Below, one piece after another: positions 1 through 8,784 of a stretch of 18,352 bases of DNA. A program made the translations under genes and the position numbers. The stretch lies in assembly GCA_044356455.1 (NCBI GenBank), contig JBIKWF010000091.1:1-18352 (forward strand), read 5' to 3'. The stretch is from Bdellovibrionota bacterium. Lineage in GTDB: Bacteria; Bdellovibrionota_C; UBA2361; JBGSMV01. The first letter of the stretch is position 1; the number at the start of each line of letters is the position of its first letter. The notes under the pieces were generated by a model, which made no database searches, was not told the DNA's origin, and saw nothing but the letters and a program-made list of their open reading frames with translations.

Positions 1-1
1 T

Positions 2-2242
2 CTAGATTTTAGACATTCGGTTGAAATCCCTCTGCCACATGAGCTTCAGCAAATTCTTGTTCCAACCTCCCCTCTACTCGCTTTCGAAAAGGAGTCCTCA
101 ACACACCATGGCATTCTTATAATCGAGGGAAAGCCACTGATCTTTGGCGTACGTCCAATACTCACGAGCAGCCGCACGGGACCATCCCGAGGCGCCCTTT
201 TCTGGGCAAGGTTCATCGATGAGATTGAAGTACAGAAGTTGCGCGAGAGTCTTGAGCTTGCATTCTCCCTCCGTTTGGCGGACGGCTCTCGCGGCGCGTC
301 TCGTGGACTTACGCGGCACGACGAGCATCGAATTCTAGTATGGAATGATTTAACGGATTTTTTTGGTAAGCCCGCAATTTCTATCAAACTTGAGCAATCT
401 CGCGACATTTACCAGCAAGGGCGAAAGGCCGAAGAGCGAATACTTTCTGTGGTCGTGGTCCTTGGTGCACTTTACGCACTATTTTCTTTCTTCGTTCTTC
501 AGAGAACAATCCTCAAGCGCATCCGAACCCTGGCCTCTTCACTCGCTCGCATTCAAGCAAGCAAGGATTTCGAAGAGAGACTCCCCACGGAATCAGATGA
601 CGAACTGACAAGACTCGCCGAGGCCACCAATCAGACTCTTTCTACGTTGGCCCAAGTTCAGCGGAACCTTCGGGATGCCAAGAATGCAGCCGAGTCAGCA
701 AGTGCAGCAAAGTCGCACTTTGTCTCCCGTATGAGTCATGAGATTCGCACTCCTTTGAATGGGATTTTGGGAATGGCGCATGAGCTGCAACGCACCTACC
801 AAGATCCTCATGCACAGGGCCACCTGAAAGTACTCTGCGACTGTGCGGAATCTCTTATGGCCGTGATTAATGATGTGCTCGATTTTGCGAAGATTGAGGC
901 AAACAAGCTAGAACTCGAGGCCACGCCCTTCTCTCTACCGGAGTTGACCGAGCGAGTGCTCAATACGGTGCGACCCGCCACCTCCGCGAAGCGTCTTGAA
1001 CTTCTATCTGAGCTTGATCCCACTATTCCTCCCTGGCTCGTAGGCGACCCAACTCGCCTGGGTCAAGTTCTCATCAATCTCCTTGGTAATGCGGCAAAGT
1101 TCACCTCTCAGGGAACGGTGAAACTGAAAATCGCAAGGTCGAGTGCAGAAATCCCAAACACCGCAGCTATCTTCTTCGAAGTACAAGATACGGGCCCTGG
1201 CATATCGCCAGAACAGCAAGAGCGAGTTTTTGACGCTTTCTCCCAGGCGGATCCATCTATTACTCGTCGCTATGGGGGCACGGGACTTGGCCTAACTATC
1301 TCTCAGCAATTTGTTCAGGCTATGGGAGGAGGCATCACGCTAAGCAGCGAGATGGGCCGAGGCACTACTTTTTCGTTCTTTCTGTCTTTTCCCATTCCTC
1401 ACAAAGAGGAACTCAAGACTGGCTCAGGTAGCGAGCGCCCGCCGCTCTTTGCAAGCTCAGGTCCACGACGCGTTTTGGTTGTCGACGATGTCGCAACAAA
1501 TCGTCTCGTCGCTACCAACTATCTTACCGAACTAGGACACCATCCAGTGGCCGTCTCTTCAGGGGAAGATGCGCTTAAGCTATATAGCAGTACACAAGAG
1601 GCGCCCTTTGACTTGATTCTACTCGACCTTCACATGCCTGGCCTTAGCGGCTCGGAAACGGCGCAGCGAATACGAGAACTTAAAACTTTTCCTACCAAAA
1701 AGGTTCCAGTTGTTGCCCTCACGGCAGATACCTTGCGCCAAGATTTAATGATTTCCCATGGCGGCCCGTTTGACGAGTGGCTCGATAAGCCCCTCCGGAT
1801 CAAAGATCTTGAGCTGCTTACCGGGAGATGCGGCACTACGCCCTCCCCTACGACTTCTTCCCCCACTCAGGTAGATTCGTTCTGGCTCTCTGCTACAGAG
1901 CTCGATAGTCAACACCTACTCACGCAATACGAAGATGAGCCGACGATCCGAGAAATGCTCCTCTTGTTCTACGAGGAGAGTGAGCAGCTTCTTACTGATT
2001 ATGCGGATGCGCTCGCAAGCAGCAACTCTCAGTCCCTTAAGCGGGCGGCGCACGCACTCAAGGGATCCCTATATAATGCGGGAGCTCTCAGGCTTTCTGC
2101 CTGCGCTGAAGCGATAGAGCATGACCCTTCTCGCTCTCTCGCAAGTCCCATCCCGACTGTATTCATGGCTGAAGTTAAACTGCTACGCTCCCAGCTCCTG
2201 GCCAATCTCACGCCACCAAGTAATGCGGACGTCAGGGCATGA
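2..2242 (+). CDS. Hybrid sensor histidine kinase, CHASE4-TM-HAMP-HisKA-HATPase_c-REC-Hpt (5'-partial, start lies upstream of the window)
   Basis: The frame of ORF 239..2242 is open back to position 2 (LDFRHSVEIPLP...GILIIEGKPLIFGVRPILTSSRTGPSRGALFWARFIDE, a CHASE4-like segment). H-box FVSRMSHEIRTPLNGILG, N-box QVLINLLGNAAKFT, G-boxes DTGPGI and GGTGLGL, receiver LVVDD...LILLDLHMP...ALTA...KP, Hpt motif AAHALKGS. Confidence 0.93.
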   Translation, partial: LDFRHSVEIPLPHELQQILVPTSPLLAFEKESSTHHGILIIEGKPLIFGVRPILTSSRTGPSRGALFWARFIDEIEVQKLRESLELAFSLRLADGSRGASRGLTRHDEHRILVWNDLTDFFGKPAISIKLEQSRDIYQQGRKAEERILSVVVVLGALYALFSFFVLQRTILKRIRTLASSLARIQASKDFEERLPTESDDELTRLAEATNQTLSTLAQVQRNLRDAKNAAESASAAKSHFVSRMSHEIRTPLNGILGMAHELQRTYQDPHAQGHLKVLCDCAESLMAVINDVLDFAKIEANKLELEATPFSLPELTERVLNTVRPATSAKRLELLSELDPTIPPWLVGDPTRLGQVLINLLGNAAKFTSQGTVKLKIARSSAEIPNTAAIFFEVQDTGPGISPEQQERVFDAFSQADPSITRRYGGTGLGLTISQQFVQAMGGGITLSSEMGRGTTFSFFLSFPIPHKEELKTGSGSERPPLFASSGPRRVLVVDDVATNRLVATNYLTELGHHPVAVSSGEDALKLYSSTQEAPFDLILLDLHMPGLSGSETAQRIRELKTFPTKKVPVVALTADTLRQDLMISHGGPFDEWLDKPLRIKDLELLTGRCGTTPSPTTSSPTQVDSFWLSATELDSQHLLTQYEDEPTIREMLLLFYEESEQLLTDYADALASSNSQSLKRAAHALKGSLYNAGALRLSACAEAIEHDPSRSLASPIPTVFMAEVKLLRSQLLANLTPPSNADVRA

Positions 2243-2468
2243 GGTAACTTTGGTGCTCGCCGCGAGGCACAAGTGGCCCCTCTCGAACGCCTAACCTGCT
2301 AATAGAACTAGTCTTTGCGGCCGCCGTGCGCACGATCAGACCCGCCCTAAAAAATACTATTCCTGCTCAGAGATGGCTTCAGCTCGCCTTTTACTCTTCC
2401 GACTAAAGACTAGGGATCGTGGCTACCGCAAAGAGTACTGTCCACGCACCAAAAAAGGAGAGCGCACC

Positions 2469-4709
2469 CTGAGAATTAGGAGCAAAACAATTCTGTCCAT
2501 GGCCATCGTAGCAGGCCTGGCCTGGGCGCTCGTGCACTATACGGTGAGCCCGCTTCTCATGCGTGGCTTTCTCCTGATTGAAGAGCATGAAATTACGCGA
2601 GATGCGCTACGAGCAAAGCCTGCTCTTGATGACGCGATTCAGTCGCTCAAGGTTAAGACCACCGACTGGGCTTCATGGGACGATACCTACGAATTTATCG
2701 AATCCAGAGATCCAGCTTACGTTGAGTCAAACCTAACCGCGGAGTCTATAGCGGGATTGCAGGTGAATCTTATTGCTTTTTTTGACGCTAAGGGAAATCT
2801 GCTAATCGCCCGCGCGGTGGACCTCGCGACAGGCAACTACCAAGAGGCCCCCAATGATATTCTTTCCTATTTCACTCCTGGCTCACCATTTTTAGCACAT
2901 GACGCAAGCCTCGAGGGCTATTCAGGCATGCTTCGCGCGAATACCCAGCCGTTTATTTTTGCGACTCTCCCTGTGCTTACAAGTTCGTCTGAGGGACCTG
3001 GTCGCGGCACAGTTCTGTTTGCGGCCTATGTGGGGGAAGCACACATAAAGCGCCTCTCACTCTTGTCGCAATTGGATCTTCGGCTGTATCAATTGGATAA
3101 GCTATCCCTTCCGCAGGAATTACTTGACCACGCCGAAGAGGCTCAAAAGGGGGGAGGTCTGTTCCTCGACCGAGCGCACCCTGAGCTACTGCTCGCATAT
3201 CAAGTGCTCCCGGACGCCACGGGAGCTCCTGCCATTCTTGTCGAGATAAATGCCTCTCGCGCGGTATATCAGCAAGCATTGCACACGAGGAACTCCCTCT
3301 CTCTGGCGCTCGCAATATGCGGAGCGGGACTAGGCTTAGCCTTGCTCCTAATGCTCGAACATTCAGTCCTGTCGCGTCTTGCGAAAATGAGCGCTGTCGT
3401 AACTCGCATTACTTCATCGGATGATTTGAGCGCACGCTTACCCGTAACGGGGAATGATGAGATCTCGGCGGTAAATGGTGCGGTAAACCACATGCTCACG
3501 GGCCTCGAGAATTCTTATGAAAGGCTTCTGATTTTGAAAGATGCTGCTGAATCAGCAAACACTGCAAAGGGTGAATTTCTTGCTAATATGAGCCATGAGA
3601 TTCGAACCCCGATGAATGGCGTGCTCGGCATGAGTGAACTTCTCGCTGAGACGAATCTCGACGCAGAGCAAAGGGAATTCGTAATGATGATCCATCAGTC
3701 GGCTGGGTCTCTTGTTTCACTCATCAATGACATCCTCGATTTCTCTAAGATAGATTCGGGCAAACTCGATCTCGCTCCGATTCCGTTCTCCCTTCGTGAG
3801 CTTGTTGCAAACGAGACTGGCCTCTTTCGCTTTCCAGCGATGGAGAGAGGGATTGAGTTTGTCACACGCATCGACGAGGTCATCCCAGACACATTTTTGG
3901 GAGACTCGCTTCGCATAGGACAAGTTCTCAAAAACCTTATTGGTAACGCACTAAAATTTACTCCTGAGCAAGGTGGGGTTCTCGTAATCGTAAGCGCTGA
4001 CGCACACAGCGAAGAATCTGTTACTCTACATTTCACGGTAAGTGATTCAGGCATCGGCATTGCGGATCACAAGCAGAACCATATATTCGAAGCTTTTACT
4101 CAGGCCGATTCATCGACTACACGTGAATTCGGCGGTACTGGCCTTGGACTCGCAATAGTAAAGAGACTAGTTACCTTGATGCGAGGGCGAATTTGGGTCG
4201 AAAGTAAGGTGGGGGTTGGCTCCGCCTTTCATTTTACTGTGACTCTTCCCCGTGTCGCTACTCAAACCGACAAGGTTGAGGCAGAGGCGCCTGCTGCCTC
4301 AATCTCGAACCGAGAAACCTTTCATTCGTCCCTTCCCGTGCTACTCGTAGAGGACAATCTGGTAAATCAGCACCTGATGAAAAAACTGCTTTCTCAACGC
4401 GGCCTTTCTATCGTGGTTGCATCGAATGGACGCGAGGCCGTAAGGCAGATACAAGAACAGGCGTTCTCGCTCGTTCTCATGGATTGCCAGATGCCGGAAA
4501 TGGACGGATATGAGGCCACGAGAAGGATTCGTCAGACCATGCAAGGAAGTACCATTCCCATAATCGCTCTCACGGCGAACGCGCTACAAGGCGACAGAGA
4601 GAAATGCCTCGCTCATGGCATGAACGATTACCTCTCAAAGCCGCTGAAACGCGACGAGCTTTTTGCCAAGGTTGAGAAATACTTGGCGCTTGATAAGCTA
4701 CCCGCGTAG
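2469..4709 (+). CDS. Hybrid sensor histidine kinase, TM-CHASE4-TM-HAMP-HisKA-HATPase_c-REC
   Basis: CHASE4 signature DWASWDDTYEFI...YVESNL, HAMP (ARLPVTGNDEI), H-box FLANMSHEIRTPMNGVLG, NALKFT, GGTGLGL, receiver LLVEDN...LMDCQMPEMDG...ALTANA...YLSKP. Start placed at CTG 2469, 8 nt after AAGGAG (2455-2460). The ORF-track ATG 2373 is an alternative. Confidence 0.93.
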   Translation: MRIRSKTILSMAIVAGLAWALVHYTVSPLLMRGFLLIEEHEITRDALRAKPALDDAIQSLKVKTTDWASWDDTYEFIESRDPAYVESNLTAESIAGLQVNLIAFFDAKGNLLIARAVDLATGNYQEAPNDILSYFTPGSPFLAHDASLEGYSGMLRANTQPFIFATLPVLTSSSEGPGRGTVLFAAYVGEAHIKRLSLLSQLDLRLYQLDKLSLPQELLDHAEEAQKGGGLFLDRAHPELLLAYQVLPDATGAPAILVEINASRAVYQQALHTRNSLSLALAICGAGLGLALLLMLEHSVLSRLAKMSAVVTRITSSDDLSARLPVTGNDEISAVNGAVNHMLTGLENSYERLLILKDAAESANTAKGEFLANMSHEIRTPMNGVLGMSELLAETNLDAEQREFVMMIHQSAGSLVSLINDILDFSKIDSGKLDLAPIPFSLRELVANETGLFRFPAMERGIEFVTRIDEVIPDTFLGDSLRIGQVLKNLIGNALKFTPEQGGVLVIVSADAHSEESVTLHFTVSDSGIGIADHKQNHIFEAFTQADSSTTREFGGTGLGLAIVKRLVTLMRGRIWVESKVGVGSAFHFTVTLPRVATQTDKVEAEAPAASISNRETFHSSLPVLLVEDNLVNQHLMKKLLSQRGLSIVVASNGREAVRQIQEQAFSLVLMDCQMPEMDGYEATRRIRQTMQGSTIPIIALTANALQGDREKCLAHGMNDYLSKPLKRDELFAKVEKYLALDKLPA

Positions 4710-4755
4710 GTTGAGCCGCCCACTAAAAGAGCACACCCTACCCCTGGAGCGATCT

Positions 4756-5577
4756 ATGAAAATAATTCTCGCGGGTCTCCCCGGCAAAATTGCTTCGGTA
4801 GTAGCTAATAGTTTACCCGCTGCTACTTTCCATTCTCACGCACTATGCTCCTCAAGGCATGCCACTACTCAGTGGATAGCCGAAGCGACGGCGGCTCAGA
4901 TCACGCTCGTCACTGAGTTAAACCTCGCCGCATCTCTCATGCAGGGTGAAGAATACGTCGCTCTTGATTTTTCCCCCGTAGCCGCCGGTCCAGACCGCCT
5001 CGCCTATTGGGCCTCGCTTAAAGTTCCTGCGGTGATTGGCGCGACTGGATTCGACGCAAAGGATTTGCGAGAACGGATTCCTGAAACCGATGCTCTCATT
5101 GTGATTGCGCCTAATCTTGCGCTTCCCATTGTGGCCATTCAAGCCGCTCTTAAAGACGCCGCCCAGCATTACTCCGGCGCCTTCGCTGGATTTAAGTTCC
5201 GCTGCGAAGAAAGTCATCAGGCGACGAAGAAAGATACCAGCGGAACGGCCCGAAGCCTCATTCCTGTTTTTCGTGACTTAGGATTCCAAGGTGCCGAAGA
5301 GAAAAGCATCGTAAGCATTCGCGATCCTGCACTGCAACGTCAGCGCGGAGTTCCCGAAGATTGTATTGGCGGTCACGGCTGGCATCGCTACGAAGCGTCC
5401 TCAGAATCCGGAGTTACGATCGTCCTTGAGCATAATATCAATGGACGCGCGGTCTATGCCGCGGGAGCCCTCCGCGCGTGTGCGTTTGCTTTGAAAAAGT
5501 GGCAAGGCGCCGAGAGAGGAAGGGCATTCGATATGGTCGATGTCATCAAGGAAAAAGAAGGGCGGCCTACGCCGTAA
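4756..5577 (+). CDS. dapB: 4-hydroxy-tetrahydrodipicolinate reductase, plant-type DapB clade
   Basis: N-terminal Rossmann motif MKIILAGLPGKIA, VIGATG, IVIAPNLA, catalytic loop EESHQATKKDTSGTA, and the plant-type C-terminal RDP..Q..GVPE..GGHGWHRY...HNINGRAVYAAG. ATG 4756 is preceded by GGAG (4746-4749). Confidence 0.87.
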   Translation: MKIILAGLPGKIASVVANSLPAATFHSHALCSSRHATTQWIAEATAAQITLVTELNLAASLMQGEEYVALDFSPVAAGPDRLAYWASLKVPAVIGATGFDAKDLRERIPETDALIVIAPNLALPIVAIQAALKDAAQHYSGAFAGFKFRCEESHQATKKDTSGTARSLIPVFRDLGFQGAEEKSIVSIRDPALQRQRGVPEDCIGGHGWHRYEASSESGVTIVLEHNINGRAVYAAGALRACAFALKKWQGAERGRAFDMVDVIKEKEGRPTP

Positions 5578-5964
5578 TCTTAAAAATCTTCCCGGCCGCT
5601 CCAAGAGGTGTTATACCGAATCTGGTTTTGGAGTCTTGCTCCGGACTTTTTAAGGTCACTAGACTTTAAGACCCGCCCTGTTCTTTAAAAATCTCTCTAA
5701 ACATTTCCGCACTTTGACCTCATACCAGCAGTGTTGAACTGCCGTTTCTGCACGTCGCTATGCTCCCTGTCTGAGCTCATATCGAATCAGCCGCGACCAT
5801 AGTAAATTCGTCGATCTTGCGGAATAAATTCATTGGTTTTAATAGGTTACGCCATCTACCGGAAATGCTTTTGTAGGGAATTTTTTCGCACCAAATAACT
5901 TGACTATGGCCCCCTACTGGAGGCTAATGCAGCAGCAAAATGTAGTTCTATCGCCAGGATATCT

Positions 5965-8202
5965 ATGAAATACGCGCTTTACCGCAGCTTTCTTTTCGCA
6001 GCCCTGCTCACCTTGATGACTCCATTTGCTTCAAAGGCAACACCTCCTGCCTGCGGACCTTCTGCGGCTCACGATATTGTAATTTTGCTGGATCTCACGG
6101 GCAGCCAAACAGCTGCCACCATAGAGCAGCAAAAGACGGCAGCGAGGAATTTTGTAAATTCTTTTAGCTCGTACGTAGTGAAACCTAATATTGCCATCGC
6201 TAGTTTCAACACGGCATGTAACTGCTCAAACAGCGCGGGAAGCATTGACGTGTGCAACGGGGATGATCTTCCTACCCCCATAGATTGTTACAACAACTCT
6301 AACCTAAACGAAGTCCGTATCGACGCTCCGCTTTCGAGCAATTACACCCTCGCGCTCCAGAAACTTGCTTCAGGCTCAGGAATCCTTGGACAGGGATCAA
6401 ACGGCGCGGGAATTGGGGGAAGTAACTTAAAGAAGGCAATCGAGGTAACCCAGGCCCATTTAGTAGCTGCAGGAATCTCCGGCTATCCGAATCACTTGAT
6501 TCTGCTTTCTGATGGGCAAACTAATCTTCCTAGCTATTACCTTGTCTCGCTTGAGCAATGTAACAACTGCTCTTGCCCAGGTGCTCAAGTGCCGCCGGCT
6601 TCGCAAGCTGCTCAGAATGCGCGTACGGAAGGAACTACTATTTATACGGCAGTCAGTGCGACTCCTTGCAGTAACGGGGCTTCGTTCCTGCAGAACCAAA
6701 TTGCAAGCAGCCCGAGCTTGCATTTTAGCGCGCCTTCCGGCCTCACCCAGATAACTCCCCTGCTTTCTCAGACGATCACCTGCAATGACCAAAACTCGTG
6801 CACCGTCGATACCTGCGTCGCAAATCAATGCCAATTTGTAGCCCCTGACTCTGATGGCGATGGGGTTCCCAACTGCACGGATCAATGCATTGGCAATAAT
6901 GCTCTTATTGGCCAAGGTTGCGATGGTTCAGATTCTGACACGTGCAACGGCGGTGTATGGCAGTGCCCTGCTGGTGGTTCTCTCTCATGCAGCGATAATG
7001 CTGCCATTGATGACAGTGACGGCGACGGAATCCCTAACTGCACGGATCAGTGCGTAGGTAACAACGCTCTCATTGGCCAGGCGTGCGATGGCTCAGACGC
7101 TGACAGCTGCAGCTCCGGCGTATGGCAATGCCCCAGCGGTGGTTCGCTTGCCTGCTCCGATGGTCCCGCACTCGATGATTCTGACGGAGACGGAGTGCCC
7201 AACTGCGTAGACCAATGTAGCGGAAATAATGCCCTGATTGGTCAGCCGTGCGATGGCTCGGATTCTGATAGCTGCGCCTCGGGAATTTGGCAGTGCCCAA
7301 ATGGTGGTTCGCTCTCTTGCAACGATAATGCAGCGATTGATGATTCAGACGGCGATGGTTCTCCGAATTGCGTTGACCAATGCCCTAGCGATCCGCTTAA
7401 GTCTCTGCCAGGAAGCTGCGGATGCGGAATAACCGACACCGACTCTGATGGAGATGGCACTCCTAATTGCATCGACCAATGCTCGAATGATCCTCTCAAG
7501 GTACTACCCGGCGCATGTGGGTGCGGCGTGGCAAATACGGACTCTGATTCCGACGGCACGCCTAACTGCCTCGACCAGTGCCCAAGCGACGCAGGGAAAA
7601 CCTCCCCAGGTGTTTGTGGCTGCGGAACCGCTGACACAGACAGTAATGGCAATGGAGTTCCTGATTGTAACGACATTGATTCTGCTGCCCAATGTACGCG
7701 CACCGACGTGCAGGGATACATCAATGCGCTGTCGACCACTCTTAACGAGCAACAAGCGCAAGTGAGAAGGCTTAACAGGAGAATTTCGCTCGTGCGTGCT
7801 CGGTGCCCTAGCCCACGCGCGGCAGACACGTTTGTCTCCAATAGCAATAGGACTGCGACAAAGCTAAGAACCACCAATCGCTCTGAGATTGGCAAGTTAC
7901 CCGCGACGACGCTTTCGTGCCCAGCCTCGGCAGGCTGCACGAACTCAGTGATTTCGTTTGGCGCATCAATCTTTACTAAGAATTCGACTTCTTTCAGACG
8001 CTTGGTTGATCAAAGCATAGCCTTTGAGTTGACCTGCGTACGGCCAGGTGGCCAATGCGAAGGCCCAGCGGAAGAGTGCCTAGAGCGCGCAAGAGAGCGT
8101 GAACGTATCCGCCGTGCTGAGCGCTCTCAGGCGCGAAGGTTAGACAATGCTAACAGGACTACCGTTTCGCAGTTGCCCTCTACTACTGCGGTCTGTAACT
8201 AA
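5965..8202 (+). CDS. Secreted vWA-domain protein with thrombospondin type-3-like Ca-binding Cys/Asp repeats (putative surface adhesin)
   Basis: Signal-peptide-like N-terminus (MKYALYRSFLFAALLTLMTPFASKA), vWA MIDAS-like DIVILLDLTGS and ILLSDG, repeated DSDGDG.PNC.DQC and CP.DP.K..PG.CGCG motifs, Cys-containing helical C-terminus. Confidence 0.85.
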   Translation: MKYALYRSFLFAALLTLMTPFASKATPPACGPSAAHDIVILLDLTGSQTAATIEQQKTAARNFVNSFSSYVVKPNIAIASFNTACNCSNSAGSIDVCNGDDLPTPIDCYNNSNLNEVRIDAPLSSNYTLALQKLASGSGILGQGSNGAGIGGSNLKKAIEVTQAHLVAAGISGYPNHLILLSDGQTNLPSYYLVSLEQCNNCSCPGAQVPPASQAAQNARTEGTTIYTAVSATPCSNGASFLQNQIASSPSLHFSAPSGLTQITPLLSQTITCNDQNSCTVDTCVANQCQFVAPDSDGDGVPNCTDQCIGNNALIGQGCDGSDSDTCNGGVWQCPAGGSLSCSDNAAIDDSDGDGIPNCTDQCVGNNALIGQACDGSDADSCSSGVWQCPSGGSLACSDGPALDDSDGDGVPNCVDQCSGNNALIGQPCDGSDSDSCASGIWQCPNGGSLSCNDNAAIDDSDGDGSPNCVDQCPSDPLKSLPGSCGCGITDTDSDGDGTPNCIDQCSNDPLKVLPGACGCGVANTDSDSDGTPNCLDQCPSDAGKTSPGVCGCGTADTDSNGNGVPDCNDIDSAAQCTRTDVQGYINALSTTLNEQQAQVRRLNRRISLVRARCPSPRAADTFVSNSNRTATKLRTTNRSEIGKLPATTLSCPASAGCTNSVISFGASIFTKNSTSFRRLVDQSIAFELTCVRPGGQCEGPAEECLERARERERIRRAERSQARRLDNANRTTVSQLPSTTAVCN
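6847..7341 (+). repeat. Three tandem 165-bp (55-aa) intragenic repeats
   Basis: Units start at 6847, 7012 and 7177: DSDGDG(V/I)PNC.DQC.GNNALIGQ.CDGSD.D.C..G(V/I)WQCP.GGSL.C.D..A.D. Many synonymous differences between units. Confidence 0.95.
7342..7674 (+). repeat. Three tandem 99-bp (33-aa) TSP3-like repeats plus a partial fourth
   Basis: Units start at 7342, 7441, 7540 and 7639: DSD.DG.PNC.DQC..D..K..PG.CGCG...T. Confidence 0.93.
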
Positions 8203-8209
8203 CCGCTAG

Positions 8210-8238
8210 CACTTGGGGTGAGGCAACTCGCCCCAGTG
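8210..8238 (+). terminator. Stem-loop after the vWA gene, possible terminator
   Basis: TGGGGTGAG-GCAA-CTCGCCCCA stem with a GNRA loop, about 10 nt after the TAA at 8202. The U-tract is weak. Confidence 0.5.
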
Positions 8239-8247
8239 TTCGCAGGC

Positions 8248-8367
8248 CTAGGAGTGTGTCCCGTAGAAACATTAATCCTCATTTTGGACACAATCCGTAA
8301 GGGGGGGGCTGTCCCGTTGCCACCACAACATGTAGTGGTAGAATTTTCCTACGGGACAGACTCCTAG
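8248..8367. mobile_element. MITE-like element, copy 1 (core 8252-8363, flanked on both sides by CTAG)
   Basis: Terminal inverted repeats GAGTGTGTCCCGTAGAAA ... TTCCTACGGGACAGACTC. CTAG at 8248-8251 and 8364-8367. Near-identical second copy at 10068-10184. No coding capacity. Confidence 0.8.
8322..8339. promoter_or_regulatory. NrdR-box-like palindrome inside MITE copy 1
   Basis: ACCACAACATGTAGTGGT is a near-perfect palindrome whose core fits the NrdR consensus acaCwAtATaTwGtgt. The variant ACCACAACATGCAGTGGT is at 10139-10156. Confidence 0.45.
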
Positions 8368-8392
8368 GCGAGGGAACCTCTGAAAACCTTCG

Positions 8393-8449
8393 CCTTGGTG
8401 GTCTTTGTGTTCTTAAAAACAACCACTAAGAACACAAAGACCACCAAGG
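8393..8449. repeat. Perfect 23-bp inverted repeat (REP-like hairpin) with ~9-bp internal periodicity
   Basis: CCTTGGTGGTCTTTGTGTTCTTA (8393-8415), 11-nt loop, TAAGAACACAAAGACCACCAAGG (8427-8449). Confidence 0.9.
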
Positions 8450-8784
8450 GGGAGAACATTTACCTCCTTACGGGTTTTTCAGGGGTTCGCTTGCTAGCGC
8501 CCATTGAGACTTTCGTCTACCAGCAACCTCGAAGCGACGTGCCCAACTCGAAATGCGAGGCTCTTACTTGCGCAGCAATTCTCCAATGCTCTCAGAGGCT
8601 TAAGCTGTGTACGAGGGCTCACTTTCCCCGCCGCCGTGCGATCAATTCCCTAGCTGTTTCGGCGTTTCATTCCCGCTTTGAAAGTGCCGCGAAGAATAGC
8701 CGTTCCTCTTGGGAATCCTTACGGCCAAACCTCGCATAACAGAGAAAGGTGCTGTGCGCTCTAAGCGGGAGAGGTGTAAAGCCG

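Noticed and set aside
5900..5928. Sigma70 promoter TTGACT-N17-GCTAAT upstream of the vWA gene
   Set aside because: The -10 element lacks the conserved TA, which is too weak to call.
6847..7674. CRISPR-like periodic repeats
   Set aside because: The repeats are in-frame coding units (165 and 99 bp) with synonymous variation and no unique spacers. No cas genes are present.
46..7940. Numerous short antisense or alternate-frame ORFs (for example 7242..7940 -)
   Set aside because: They are shadows of the well-supported long CDSs on the + strand.
8395..8739. 114-aa ORF
   Set aside because: It starts within the 23-bp hairpin, and its low-complexity TTKNTKTTK derives from the repeat. No RBS or recognisable family.
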